NCBI GenBank assembly: GCA_951406725.2
Contig: OX597833.1
Coordinates: 55,118,001 to 55,182,000 of the forward strand
Direction: 5' to 3'
DNA: 64,000 bases
Origin: Octopus vulgaris
Taxonomy: Eukaryota
Of the stretch, positions 41,967 to 56,417 are shown piece after piece. The notes beneath the pieces were generated by a model, which saw only the letters and a list, made by a program, of their open reading frames with translations, searched no databases and was not told the DNA's origin. The first letter of the stretch is position 1, and every line of letters starts with the position of its first letter. The position numbers and the translations under genes are program-made.

Positions 41967-42500
41967 GAGTGAGAGAGCAGTTCATGCCATCAAAGTGACA
42001 CTGGGGTAAAATATACGAAGCCCAATATACCCATCATGACTACCCGTCTGATAAAGGTACACCAGGCACATGCATCACAACCATATGTGCGCGACATGGT
42101 GATCTCATATCAAGATAAACAGCACATGACCTTGCAGGTGGGGCCCAGTTAGAATTTTCTTCAGGTTGAGTAGCCCATCCTGCTCAAACGGTCCCTGAAT
42201 AAGGGTTGCTTTAGGATGTTGAACGAAACACCTATGTTTCCAGAGGTGAACCATTCAAACTCCAAAGAATCCCTCTCAACACATGGCCATGATGCTCCCC
42301 CACTACTTCTGCTCGTGATCAGAGATGCACATATCGTCAGCCACTAAGGGACATGCTCAACTGGTTAAGGTCAAACAACTGACAAGCAAATCTGTGGTAT
42401 TGAGCAGAATATTTGCTGTAGCCCATCTTTTATACCAAGACAAAACAATGTACATGATAACACTTCCAATCAGTTAAGATCAGAAGCCATGAGAGCCACT
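41967..42500 (-). mobile_element. Family D non-coding retroposon embedded in (ATT)n
   Basis: Closely similar to 45356-45911. Fixed end GAGTGAGAGAGCAG next to the ATT tract. Confidence 0.85.
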
Positions 42501-42529
42501 ACTACTACTATTATTATTATTATTATTAC

Positions 42530-42564
<35 letters not shown>

Positions 42565-42565
42565 C

Positions 42566-42644
<79 letters not shown>

Positions 42645-42701
42645 GTTATTATTATTATTATTATTATTACTATTATTATTATTACTAGTATTATTATTAC
42701 T

Positions 42702-42749
<48 letters not shown>

Positions 42750-43324
42750 TGTAAACTTCAGAAATAAAGAAAAACAACAGATATTTCAGTTGGATTATAG
42801 TCAGTATAACAAGCTAATGGATATTGAATAGTTGTTGGTGTGGGGTTATGGAGTGGAAGGGTCTGCTAGAGCGGACATACCTGTAGTATAGAGAGAGCTA
42901 ACCATGTAAACAACATAATTTTACAGGCATTTCTAGGAATGGCAATCCAGACTTTATTATAGAGGATAGTATTGGGGCAGGTGGATGGGGATTGTACAGT
43001 GAAATTGTAGTCGGAAGTGGAGTGTCTGATGTTTTGGATAAAGGTCTTTGTTCAGGATTAAAATGACAGGAGAGGTGGAGCAGGAAGCATGAAAGGAAAG
43101 ACAGTAGAGTTTTACATCTATGTTTGAGCAACTGGCTGCAACTGATGGGGAACACAAAAACAGCATGAGCTTGCATATGTTGACAGGAAGTAGTAAGAGA
43201 AAAAAATTTGGTGTGGGAGAAAGAACGAAAGAGGGATCTTTTCGGTTTGAATGGCAGTTTTTTAAAATAATTTCCACGTAACTAAACACTTTGGTAGAAT
43301 GTGTTTATAAAACATCTTTTTCTC

Positions 43325-43650
43325 TTGGCAAGTGTCTTTTACTATTGCCTCGGGCCAACCAAAGACTTGTGAGTAGATTTGGTAGACGGAAACTGAAAGA
43401 AGCCCATCGTGCATATGTGTATATATATATGTGTGAGTATATGTTTGTGTGTCTGTGTTTGTCCCCCCAACATCACTTGACAACCAATGCTGGTGTGTTT
43501 ACGTCCCTGTAACTTAGGATTCGGAAAAAGAGACCGATAGAATAAGTACGAGGCTTACAAAGAATAAGTCCTGGGATCGATTTGCTTGACTAAAGGCAGT
43601 GCTACAGCATGGCTGCAGTCAAATGACTGAAACAAGTAAAAGAGTAAGAG
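43325..43650 (+). mobile_element. SINE family A, 5'-truncated
   Basis: Starts at CTTGGCAAGT, directly after a fragment of the GGATC-TIR MITE. Confidence 0.85.
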
Positions 43651-44508
43651 ACAGAACATGAATGATAAAGCGTCAAAAGTGCCTTGTCTGTGGCTCAGTG
43701 AAATGTGGCAGAATCATTAGAGTGCCAGAAAAAAAATGCTTTGTGGCATTTTTACTTTCTGAGTTCAAATGCTGCCAAGGTCAACTTTGTTTTTCCATCC
43801 TTCAAGGGTCGGTAAAATATTATGATTGTTCTGGGCATCGGGGAAAACTGATATTCCCCTGAAGTAAATAAAAACGTCTAAAATGAAACCAAGAGTACCG
43901 CTGACAGAGTATTGTATGTTCAATTACAAAACACTCCTCAGCGTTAATTAACTTAGTATTTCAGCTTCTGCAGTTGATACATTAAGTTCTTTCAGCATGC
44001 TGTTGATATCATCGTCAGTCATTATTAATAAAGCAAAAACGATACGTGTGTACATACATACACACATGCAGGCACACACACACACATGGTGTGAAAAAAA
44101 AACTGGATAAGATTTTGTAAATAATGTTTCTTTTATTCACAGCTCTTGCAAAAATGTTTACATAGATATAGTTTGTGTATATAAACATGTGATTTATGAG
44201 TTGGTGTCAGAGGATTTTCTGACTGCAGGTACTTCAATATCTTCCTGTATATTGTTCAGTTGCAGTCCATATGTTTACCATACGTCCTGTCTTCAATAAA
44301 ATAAAGTGCAAGTCAAGTAGTACTCTGTTCAAATTTATCTACTACTTAGACTTCTCTAAAAATTGTGCCCTCATGTACTTATGTTAGGAACCATAAAAGC
44401 ACCAGTTGAGCACCGCAGTTGATGTTTTTTATTTACCCTTCTCACTAAATTTGCAAGCCTTGTGTCAAAATTTGAAATTATTAGGTGATGAGCGGGTATA
44501 ATCATTAC

Positions 44509-44763
44509 CAGGGAGTCGGAAACGATTAAAGGGTATCTAGAGTCGTAGTCGGAGTCGGTAAAACTATACCAACTCCAATTCACGATATCTTTATTCTTTA
44601 ATATAAACCAGTTATAACATATGGGCCTACTCAAAGTACAAGCGTATGCATATGCTTTATGAGATATGTAGACCACAAGCACGTAATTATATAAGGAGGA
44701 ATTGGAGTCGGAGGTGCCAATAGTACAGGAGTCAAAGTTTTTTATTTCGACTCTACAATCCTG
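44509..44763. mobile_element. hAT-like MITE with GGAGTC subterminal repeats
   Basis: CAGG...CCTG ends; perfect 8-bp TSD ATCATTAC at 44501-44508 and 44764-44771. Confidence 0.8.
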
Positions 44764-45355
44764 ATCATTACCATACCAAACTACCTACTAGCATTTACTT
44801 ATAGCTCTATACATTCTGAGTTCAAATTCCACCAAAGTCTATTTTGTCTTTTGTCCTTTTTGAGTACCAGCTGAGTGCTGGGGTCGATCCAGTACCGGAC
44901 AAGGAATCTGGATTATTTTTCCAGTTTTTTAAACTTAATTTTTGAGAGTGGTCACGTTCATTTTTTGTTTTCTCGGTTGTTAGAGCAGTTGAGTTTATTT
45001 CAGATATTCTCATTTTAAAAATCATCTCTGGCTAATCGTTGAGAGGACATTGGTGTTGCCTTGGCAGAGGTTTGCACTCTCTGTGTGCTCTTGTTATTAT
45101 TATTATCAAGAAGGTGGTGAGCTAGTAGAATCACTAGCATGCTGGGCAAAATGCTTAGCTATATTTCATCCGTTTTTTTTGTTATGAGTTCAAATTCCAC
45201 TGAGGTCAACTTTACCTTTTATCCTTTTAGGGTTGAAGAAATAATTACCAGTGAAACACTGGGGTTGATGTAATTGTCTAGTCCCTTCTCACAAAATTTC
45301 AGGCCTTGCACCCATAGAAGAAAGGATTATTATTATTATTATTATTATTATCATT

Positions 45356-45911
45356 GTGTGAGAGAGCAGTGCATGCCATCAAAGTGACACTGGGGTAAAA
45401 TATACAAAGTCCAGTATACCCATTATGACTACCCGTCTGATAAGGGTACACTAGGCACATGCATCACAACTATATGTGTGCGACATGGTGATCTCATATA
45501 AAGATAAACAGCATATGACCTTGTAGGTGGGGCCCCAATTAGAATGTTCTTCTGGTTGAGTAACCCATCTCGCTCAAAAGGTCCCTGAATAAGGGTTGTT
45601 TAAGGAGCTTGAATGAAACACCCGTGTTTGCAGAGGTGAATCATTCAAACCCCAAAGAATCCCTCTCAACACATGGCTATGAAGCTCCCCCCACTACTTC
45701 TGCTCGTGATCAGAGATGCACATATCGTCAGCCACTAAGGGACATGCTCAACTGGTTATGGTCAAATAACTGACAAGCAAATCTGTGGTATTGAGCAGAA
45801 TATTTGCTGTAGCCCATCTTTTATACCAAGACAAAACAACGTACATGATAACACTTCCAATCAGTTAAGATCAGAAGCCACGAGAGCCACTGTCTGGTAC
45901 TGCATCAGGGC
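45356..45911 (-). mobile_element. Family D, longest copy (~555 bp)
   Basis: ATT tracts on both sides; same fixed end. Confidence 0.85.
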
Positions 45912-45948
<37 letters not shown>

Positions 45949-46021
45949 CATTATTATTATTATTATCATTATTATTATTATCATTATTATTATTATTATC
46001 ATTATTATTATCATTATTATT

Positions 46022-46063
<42 letters not shown>

Positions 46064-46309
46064 TACAAACAAGAAATGAAAAACAAAAACTTCCCAGGCT
46101 TTATGTAATTCTTAGTTGTATGAGAGATTATATTATTATTTACAGAAAGAATGAAAAAAAAAACCTCCAAAAAAAGCAACAAAAATAATACAAAATGCAA
46201 GCGGAGAAGAAGAAGAAGAAATACAAAAATAAAAGATCAACAACAATAACGACCCCTCCCCTCAAAATTGTTTGAGACATGTTAAATCAAGCTTACACTT
46301 ATTACTTAC

Positions 46310-46429
46310 TGCTGCTCATGTTCTTTTCTGACATCGCGTCCCCTGGGATATGCAGGCTTTTCGTTTTTAATCAGTAACAACTCATAAATTACATCATGTA
46401 CATAACACAAAACATATCTTTCGCTAGAG
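46310..46429 (-). other. Candidate 120-nt internal exon, product unknown
   Basis: Acceptor TTTCCTTTATTTGCAG and donor CA|GTAAGT. One open frame: SSERYVLCYVHDVIYELLLIKNEKPAYPRGRDVRKEHEQ. No family recognised. Confidence 0.35.
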
Positions 46430-46589
46430 CTGCAAATAAAGGAAACATTATTATTTTCAAAAAAAAAAAAAAAAAAAACCCCAGAAAAAATGGCTGCTAC
46501 TGCTGTTGTTTTTGTTGTTGTGGTGGTGGTGATGGTGGAGGTAGTGGCAGTGATATTATCATCATTATTATTATTATTATTATTATTAC

Positions 46590-46624
<35 letters not shown>

Positions 46625-46771
46625 TTGTTTGACTTTTGCTTTATATTTGTACAAGTTGGCTCCAAGTCTCATTATTATCATTATCATTATTATTATTGTT
46701 AATATTATTATTATTATTATTTCTATTATTATTATTATTATTATTATTACTATTATTATTATTATTATTAC

Positions 46772-46805
<34 letters not shown>

Positions 46806-46809
46806 TCTA

Positions 46810-46847
<38 letters not shown>

Positions 46848-46864
46848 TCTATTATTTTTATTTC

Positions 46865-46909
<45 letters not shown>

Positions 46910-46935
46910 TATTATTATTATTATTATTATTTCTA

Positions 46936-46982
<47 letters not shown>

Positions 46983-46984
46983 TC

Positions 46985-47056
<72 letters not shown>

Positions 47057-47085
47057 TATTATTATTATTATTATTATTATTTCTA

Positions 47086-47138
<53 letters not shown>

Positions 47139-47274
47139 ATTATTATTATTATTACCTTCCTTGCTTTATTTGTCTCTTCTTTTACACACTTTTCCTTGTT
47201 AATAATCGCAAAAACAAAAGTGTTGTGCCTAATGTACTTCACCCTATGGGCAGTTTGTTTTTGTTATTGTTGTT

Positions 47275-47322
<48 letters not shown>

Positions 47323-47359
47323 GATATATATATGTGTGTGTGTATGTATGTGTATATAC

Positions 47360-47390
<31 letters not shown>

Positions 47391-47866
47391 TACACACATG
47401 TGAAGGAATGGAATATGAAAATGAAATGTGAGCAAAAGAAGAGCTGTTAATATCGACTCCAAATGGATTCTTACACCCCGTGCAATAAAGGAGACGACAT
47501 GGAAAAAAAAAATAAAACAAAACAACAAAATCCCCCAAAAAATGAAACAAAATATAGCTGTAGAAGTGTGAATCAAATGACATAAATCAGTCAATGCAGG
47601 AACTGCGAGAAGTATCTTGATGTTCTTTGTTGTTTGTTTGCCTTTGTGTTTTTTTTTTGTTTTGCTCTTTTTTTTTAAGCTTTATGTTTTCATTTTTTTT
47701 TTGTCTTGTTTTTCCTTTTAAAAGATTTACTTGACGACATAATGGGAAAAAGTTTGAATTTTACAGTAAATAATAAGAGCGAATGAATATGTGTGTGTGT
47801 GTGTGTGTGTGTTTGTCTGCGTGTGATGGGGGAAGTAGTGTTTGAACGAAGTTAAGTGAGCTATCT

Positions 47867-47899
<33 letters not shown>

Positions 47900-48381
47900 T
47901 AATAGCAGCACTCTGGTGTGTTTGATAACGATTTAAATCTGAGAAGAAGATAGATATGAAAGTAGGAGGTAAGAAAACTGGATAGAGAACTCACAGTCGG
48001 AAAATGATAAAAAAAACAACTTTTTTTTAAATCAGTGGCAACTGTAGAAACGGTACCCGGTATTTGCAAACCTGTTCCAAAACCTGTATCACTGTAATCC
48101 TTTCTACTATAGGCACGAAACCTTAAATTGTATGGGAGGTGGTGGCTAGTCAATTACTAAGACTCTAGTATGTAACTTGCACATATTAGGTGCAGGAGTG
48201 GCTGTGTGATAAGTAGCGGCAAGTCACATTGCTTGGGGGACCTGACAAAGAGAGTTGTTGTAAATCTATGTGCTGCCCTTGTGGCAGATTGAATGAAATA
48301 AGGTGGCTTGTAAGAGGTTTTAGTGCCTCCTTCTTGTAAGAGGTTTGAAACCTCATATTGATTTTTAGAAAAATAGAAAAT

Positions 48382-48548
48382 AGGCGCAAGAGTGGCTGTG
48401 TGGTAAGTAGCTTGCTAACCAACCACATGGTCCCGGGTTCAATCCCACTGCGTTGCACCTTGGGCAAGTGTCTTCTACTATAGCCTCGGGCCGACCAAAG
48501 CCTTGTGAGTGGATTTGGCAGACGGAAACTGAAAAGAAGCCCGTCGTA

Positions 48549-48579
<31 letters not shown>

Positions 48580-48772
48580 GCGTGTCTGTGTTTGTCCCCC
48601 TAGCATTGTTTGACAACCGATGCTGGTATGTTTATGTCCCCATTACTTAGCGGTTCGGCAAAAGAGACCGATAGAATAAGTACTGGGCTTACAAAAGAAT
48701 AAGTCCCGGGGTCGAGTTGCTCGACTAAAGCGGTGCTCCAACATGACTGAAACAAGTAAAAGAGTAAAAGAG
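48382..48772 (+). mobile_element. SINE family A
   Basis: Near full-length, small deletion in the tail. Confidence 0.9.
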
Positions 48773-50132
48773 TATGTTTTCGAGAAAAATCCAATCGGTG
48801 GGTGTTGGGTTTCGTCTCTCATTTATTCATTTTATTTCATTTTCATTCATTAATGTGTTTGTCCAGCCCGCAAAGCTACACAATCTATGTACTGTCTATA
48901 TGACAAATTTTATGAAATAAAGTAGCTTGCTTACCAACCACATGGTTCTGGGTTCAGTCCCACTGCTTCGCACCAGCACTCATGTGGCTGCAAAGTGAGC
49001 TTCTTAACTACACAGCCATGCCGGCACCTGGTATTGAGAAAAAATATTGTCATGCTGACGATGATGTTCTTTCTCCTCAACAAATACATTTCTTATTTTT
49101 TTGATTAAAAGTTTGAACAAGCAAGAAATCTTGAAAGATGCTGCAAACCAAACTATTTACTCAAATCTCACATTGAACGTTGATGTTATTGTAGAAAATA
49201 TTTTACTAGCAACATCAAAAAGCTGGAAGTCAACAGACTAATGATTTGTATCTTCCATCTTCCATAACATACTAATATATCATTATTCATTGGTCTCTGT
49301 TTCAGCACATCTCGTTGTGATTTAGCCAACCTGGTTTAACCCTTTAGCATTTAAGCCTCCCATATCTGGCCCAAATATTCTACCTGTTTTACGTTCGTAC
49401 TTTTCACTATGCATCCACCATCTCTACCACCACCACCACCACCACCATCATATCTCTCTCTCTAATCTCGCCATCAGAACATCACCCCTCTGTTAAAATT
49501 ATATTCCTAACTCTCCTCTATATCACTACCTTCAACTAACTTTTTTAACCGCATAATAAATATTACATTCCACTTACCACATGTTGTGGGTGCTTCTCTC
49601 TCTTTTTCTTTCTCTTTCTGCCTCTTTGCCTTATCCTCTTTTTCTCTCTCCTTTTTCTTTCTCTTGTTCTCTGTTTTCCTTCAACTAATCATGTGAAAGC
49701 ATTGTAGTTATGTTCCCATTACCTTATGTCATGGACGCTTCTCTCACCCACTTTTTCTCTCTCCCTCTTTTCTTCCTCCTCATATAAAAGTATTACCGAT
49801 GGGCGAAGTAACGTGATAACAAGCAGAATTATTATAAGATTCTCATCATTTTGTATTAATTTTGCATTATCTCATAGCTTCAGCTTTGAGATTTCAGTGA
49901 TGTGATTGTTTAGTTTTAGAGTGACATTGTAGGGAAGGTGAAACAGGCTGGATCTGTCTGGTTTGGACATAAAACACATAGAATATTTGGGCTGGATTTG
50001 GCCACTTCAAATGCTAAAAGACTGAAAGCAGTGTGACCGATCACCCATTGCTGGATACTTCTGATCATAAAAGACCAAGTAATTGACCCTACCATTTAAC
50101 AAGAGTAATTGACTCACCTGTCTGACAGCAGG

Positions 50133-50353
50133 TATGATGAGGTGCTGAAAAATTCTTGCTCTAACGGTATTACGAAAGGCTTGGCTGGGGGCCCAACCTT
50201 CCGAGTTCTTCACAGGGCTTAGAAAAACTGAAGGACCGCTGCAGTGAGATTGTGAATCTGAGAGGGGAATATGTTCAATAAAACCTTAATCAAAACTGAC
50301 CCTTCTGTATTTTCTTTTGCCCAAAGCCAGGAACTTTTCAGCACCTCCTTGTA
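50133..50353 (+). mobile_element. Internally deleted mariner element
   Basis: TA-bounded TIRs GAGGTGCTGAAAA.TTC / GAACTTTTCAGCACCTC. Retains the transposase C-terminal remnant LKDRCSEIVNLRGEYVQ*. Confidence 0.75.
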
Positions 50354-50384
50354 CATCTGTTTACTAAGGAAGAAGAGTATACCC

Positions 50385-50815
50385 TTTACTCTCTTTTACT
50401 CTTTTACTTGTTTCAGTCATTTGACTGCGGCCATGCTGGAGCACGGCCTTTAGCCGAATCAAATCGACCCCAGGACTTATTCTTTGTAAGCCCAGTACTT
50501 ATTCTATCGGTCTCTTCTGTCGAACCGCTAAGTTACGGGGACGTAAACACACCAACATCGGTTGTCAAGCAATGTTGGAGGTGACAAATGCAGACACACA
50601 GGCATATACACAAGCCCGTCATATATATGTATATATATATATGCATGTATACGACGGGCTTCTTTCAGTTTCTGTCTACCAAATCCACTCACAAGTCTTT
50701 GGTCAGCCTGAGGATATAGTAGAAGACACTTGCCCAAGGTGCCACGCAGTGGGATTGAACCCGGAACCATGTGGTTGGTAAGCAAACTACTTACCACACA
50801 GCCACTCCTCTGCCT
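50385..50815 (-). mobile_element. SINE family A
   Basis: Reverse copy. Confidence 0.88.
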
Positions 50816-51321
50816 ATATGTGTCATTATATTCAATTTTATCTTGGTTCATCCGTCCTAGAACAATCATGTACGTACCAGTGGTCAATGACACCTGTCTC
50901 TTACAAAAATTATCCTTGAGATTCTAATTATTCCAGACGATTAACCATCGTCTTTAGATAGAGATGAAACTTTTTATTTAGTGTTTTTTATTAATATTTA
51001 CATCTACCACTTCATTTCATTCCAGAGATCAAACCAATCAAATCTATAGTGTGGATGTAGATATTAATATAAAACGTTTCATCTCTAATGATGGAATTAA
51101 TCATCTGAAAAATTACATTATTAATGACAAACAACATTTCAACCATTTAAAGGTTGTTTTCTTAAGTATTCCAAAAAAAAAAAAAAAAGGAAAAGGAAAA
51201 GAAAAAGAAAGAAAAGAAGTCATTTATTTAGTATTTATTAATTAATCCTCGTAAACTATATCTGCTGTTATCACATTGAACTCTCTCCTACAATCATCCT
51301 GTTTCGGAAATATATCTAATG

Positions 51322-51735
51322 CAGGCACAAGCTTGGCTGTGCGGTTAAGAAGTTTGCTTCCCAACCACATGGCTCCGGGTTCAATCTCACTGTGTGGCAC
51401 CTTCAGGGAAAGTGTCTTCTGTTATAACCTTGGGCTGACCGAAGCATTGTGAGTGGGTCTGGTGGACAGAAATTGACAGAAAAGCGGTGAGCTGGCAGAA
51501 ACGTTAGCATGCCGGCGAAATGCTTATCGGTATTTTGTCTGCTGTTACGTTCCGAGTTCAAATTCCGCCGAGGTCGACTTTGCTTTTCATCCTTTTGGGG
51601 TTGATAAATTAAGTACCAGTTACACACTGGGGTCATTGCAGTCAACTTAATCCCTTTGTCTGTCCTTGTTTGTCCTCTCTATGTTTAGCCCCTTGTGGGC
51701 AATAAAGAAATAAGAAATTGACAGAAGCCTGTACT
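51322..51735 (+). mobile_element. SINE family B (51484-51712) nested in a family A head
   Basis: TSD AGAAATTGACAGAA at 51468-51481 and 51713-51726. Confidence 0.85.
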
Positions 51736-52729
51736 GGAAAGTATGTAACCAGTTGTGGTTAAAATGTAGTATTATCTTGATTTCAAATTTTGGCACACAG
51801 CCAGTAATTTAGGGGATGTGCTAAATTGATTGTATCAACCCCAGTAATCAACTGGGAGTTATTTTATCAGCCCTGAAAGGATGATATGCAAAGTCAACCT
51901 TGGCAGAATTTAAACTCAGAACCTGAAGTCATTCTGGCCATGACCATCCTGTTCTCCGTCCCTCACCCTGCATGTTATCAGAGCCACTTATCCAAGATGT
52001 CTTATTTTTATGTTTTTGAATTGTAGGATGTTTCCTACACTTTTGGAGTGGTTGGTGTTTGGAAGGGCCTCTAGTCGTGGAAACCATACCAAATGAGATT
52101 GGAAGCTGGTGCAGCTCCCCAGCTTACTCAGTGTTCATTCAAACTGTCCAACCCATGTCAGCATGGAAAACAGACATTAAATGATGATGGTCATATAAGA
52201 GAGAGATTTTGGCTGCTTTTTCTAGCATGTTGAAATGATCGTATAGGGGATCCCTCATAGGCTGAGTGTGTTGTTTGTAATGTCAGTTGTGAGTAAGTTT
52301 TGTTTGTTTGTTACATTATATTTTTTTCATGTTAGCCTGTATTGGAAGGGGCCATATTTGGGAGACCATTTCCCTCATCAACCCTACACCCTTTTTGCCA
52401 AACAGAGGTGTTTATTCAACTGGTCTTCAAAAGCTCCATGTGGTCTGTTGTAGCATCAGCAAGTAATATAAGCATCGTATCACCATTTCAGTTAGACAAG
52501 AACAAGTGAAGCTGTGAAATGCCAATATTTGTGAACACACACACACATGCATTGCATATGCATATGTGCATACACTTACACATGAATACATGTGCACTCA
52601 CACATACGTTGGGCTTCCATGCAGTGTCTGTTGACTGATTCCTCTGCAAATAAATACTTTAAACAGCAACAAGAACAGCAACATATTGCATTGGTCACAT
52701 TGTAGTTATTGTCTACAATATCTGACTTA

Positions 52730-52790
52730 AGGCGTGGCTGTGCTATAAGAAGCTTGCTTCCCAACCACAAACATACACACACACACACAC

Positions 52791-52883
<93 letters not shown>

Positions 52884-53055
52884 CATATATACGACGGGCT
52901 TCTTTCAGTTTCTGTCTACCAAATCCACCCACAAGGCTTTGGTCGGCTCAGGGCTATAGTAGAAGACGCTTGCCCAAGGTGCCACACAGTGGGACTGAAC
53001 TTGGAACCATGTGGTTGGTAAGCAAGTTACTTACCACACAGCCACTCCTGCGCCT
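52730..53055. mobile_element. Family A fragments facing each other across an (AT)n tract
   Basis: Short forward head 52730-52770; reverse 5' half 52890-53055. Confidence 0.75.
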
Positions 53056-53636
53056 ATATTGTTGGAAGCAAACAACACTGCTTGTATGACAGTGATGCTT
53101 GTTTACACTTCTCATGCAAAGTCAAGACAAAGACACACAGACACACACCCAATGGGAATATTTCGGGTTCCCTTTATGCGATCCACTTGCAAGGCTTTGG
53201 TTGACTCAACGCTATAGCAGAAGACCACTGGCCCAATGTTTTCTGTGGATTGGGATTGATCCTAAAACCATGTGATTGGGAAGTGAGCTTGCTAATCACA
53301 CACCCTTCCCCTGCGCTTGTATATATGTGTGACGTGGTCTTAGAAATCTTATTGTGTCTGCCTGATATGATTATTTGTGCAATGTGTGTGTGTGTGTGCA
53401 TGTGCGTGCGCATGTGTGTGTGTGTGTGTGTGTGTTTATGTATAACTGTGTGTCTATGATATTACTGCTTATGTATTATATTTATGTATCTATAATCTCA
53501 CTTTGCATGTCCTGATACTCCTTTATTCATGATATTGTTGTATAATGTGATATTGGTATGTGTTTATGGGTATTATTATGTTTGCTTGATATCATCATCA
53601 CCACCATCACCATCATCACCATCAATATTATTATAA

Positions 53637-53671
<35 letters not shown>

Positions 53672-54350
53672 TTATATCTGTGATAAGCATTGTGTGTTCC
53701 TGATATTAGCATTATATATACTCTATGAAACACTGTCTATTGATATTTGTCAACTTTGGCCAATTCTTATTCATCTAAACCAAAGTTCACAGAAATACAG
53801 ACTTAAAAATACCTTCATTGTTTGTGGTATTTATACACTAAATAAAGAGCTCCACCTTTCAAAAGAAATTGATTGTAACCCATTGACACCTGTGTAATGA
53901 TGACAGGGTAAATAACCAGGTTTAAATATTAATAGTTTCTGCGTTTTATTCCGATGGAAATGGAATTTATTATGGTATAAGTATAAAAGATCTGAGACCG
54001 ACAAAATCATTGCTCCTTATATATGACTGCGATACAAGCTACTTACCATTGTTATTACTTTTATTTCATGCATTACCTTATTTCGTTTTAGAAATAATAG
54101 TTTTTCGGAGCTGCTGGTGCCAGGTGGGGAGTGGGGGGGATATGGAAGACCAAAAAAAAAAAAAATAAAGAATTTTTTTTGTTTTTTTTGTTTTTGTGAA
54201 TAATGGGCAAGACATTTGCAAACTTATTTCATGTAATGGAAATAAGAAAATAAAAAAAAATACCCCTTTGAAGTTTTTCTTTTTTAAATTCATTTTATCT
54301 GTCCTTTCTCCCTTGTTCTGCATAGTAATATAATATATATATATATAGTA

Positions 54351-54470
<120 letters not shown>

Positions 54471-55504
54471 TCTGTCTATTACTAACCAATATAATGCAGC
54501 GACCACCTCTACAGATGCAATAACAGTTATTACTTAACTTTTAGCTCTTAACACTTCTTTCTGCTTTTGACATACTCCCTCAGTGGCTGTTATCATTGTG
54601 TTTTATTGTGTTATTCTTGACACCCATCTGCTCTTCAAAGATCATCAACAAAGTTAAAAACTGTGATCTATGAGCCAAAGAGAAACAAAAACCAAAATAC
54701 CTCCCCGCCACCCAATCCTAAAAAAAAAAACAAAAAATAACATAACATGCACAACAAAGAAAAATATCAAAAACGTCGGGGTGTGTCCGGCTTCTATGGA
54801 CATGAAAGAATCAAATCATCTGCAGGAATTTTTATTGCATAATAATAGTAATAGATGCTTAACATAAAACTGTCCGTTGTCCACAAAGATATACAGGCTG
54901 GCTTTCCTTTCCAGTTTGCGTTCAATATTTTCTACTAATCACCTTCTTGTGATATTCCTGTACCATTGGTGACAGCTGAAGCAGAACACAGAAAAACCTG
55001 GTGTACCATTTGGCTAAGTAGATGAATAAAACTGTAGAATAATAATCAAGTAATTAAGGATGCGAGAGACCAACATATTATACAACCTTAATTAACTGTT
55101 CTTTTATAGTTTGGTAGTGCCAATAGGTTCTTAACTGACATGTAATCAGAAACCATTTTCAATTGATGTGAATTCTAAACACCATTCGTTGGCATGGAAC
55201 TTGGAATTTTTGTTTTTCCTTTCTTTTTTTTTTTTTGTTTTTCTTTCTGTTTTTTTTTTTTTTTTGCTTAAAATTCCTGTTGTAAATGATCAAGGTCTAT
55301 TCTGAAATAGTTGAAATCAGATCTAGATTTGAAGAAATTAAGAGAAATTCTTCATATATAAAAGGACTAAACCATTAAGATTATAATTCTCCAAGCTGTT
55401 AGCTTCATCTTTTTGCATTTCTATCTGTTTGATTTCTAATTGCCATGAGGTGCTTTGCTGGTTTGTTTTGTTTTGTTTTCTCTGAACTCTGTACATATGT
55501 ACAT

Positions 55505-55657
55505 GCAGTTAAGAAACTCACCTGGCAACCACGTGGTTTTGAGTTCAGTCCCACAGCATGGCACCGTGGGCAAGTGTCTTCTACTATAGCCTTGGGTCGA
55601 CCAAAGCCTTGTGAGTGGATTTGGTAGATGGAAACTGAAAGAAGCCCGTCATATATA

Positions 55658-55688
<31 letters not shown>

Positions 55689-55933
55689 GTATATATATAT
55701 ATATATAGGTGTGTGTGTGTGTGTATTTTTGTGTGTCTGTGTTTGTCCCACCAACGTTGCTTGACAACCGATGTTGGTGTGTTTACGTTCCTGTAACTTA
55801 GCGGTTTGGCATAAGAGACTGATAGAATAAGTACTAGGCTTACAAAGAATAAGTCCTGGGGTCGATTTGCTCGTATAAAAGGTGGTGCTCCAGCATGGCT
55901 ACAGTCAAATGACTGAAACAAGTAAAAGAGTAA
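55505..55933 (+). mobile_element. SINE family A (diverged head)
   Basis: Body and tail match family A. Confidence 0.85.
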
Positions 55934-56196
55934 GTTACAATCTTTCTTTAACATTTCGTGCTAATTTATGTCCCAAATGCTTGCTTAACCCTCTAGCATT
56001 CAGATTATTCTGTCAAATGTAAAGCTTATGGATTAACACCATTTTAAATTAATCCTGCTTCATTTTATGGCTTTGACATTTCAGTGATGTGATTGTTTAT
56101 TTTTAAAATGACACTAGGGTAGCTACAAAAGACCATATCTGACCAGTTTGAAGATAAAACAGATATAAATATTTTGGCCAGATATGACTGATTTAA

Positions 56197-56417
56197 CCCT
56201 TTCATTACTGTATTTATTTTGAGATGTTCCGTGTTTCTTTCAATTACTTTAAATATAACAAAGAATTTGGTAAAATAACTTAGTTATCATTCAGCTAGTG
56301 TCAGAAACATAAATTGTGACAAAGGTTTGGTGGAAGATTTTAATTCAAAACTTTTGAAAACGAAACATTTGTACTAAGAGTCAGAGCCAGTTTCAGCCAG
56401 ATTGGTAACGAAAGGGT
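56197..56417. mobile_element. Second piggyBac-like MITE family, followed by an inverted partial copy
   Basis: TTAA-CCCTTTCATTAC ... GTAACGAAAGGG-TCAA. Confidence 0.65.

Noticed and set aside
49100-49275. 57-codon open frame LIKSLNKQEILKDAANQ...
   Set aside because: No splice signals or recognisable domain; compatible with chance. The same applies to ~30410-30525 (-) and ~1755-1945 (+).
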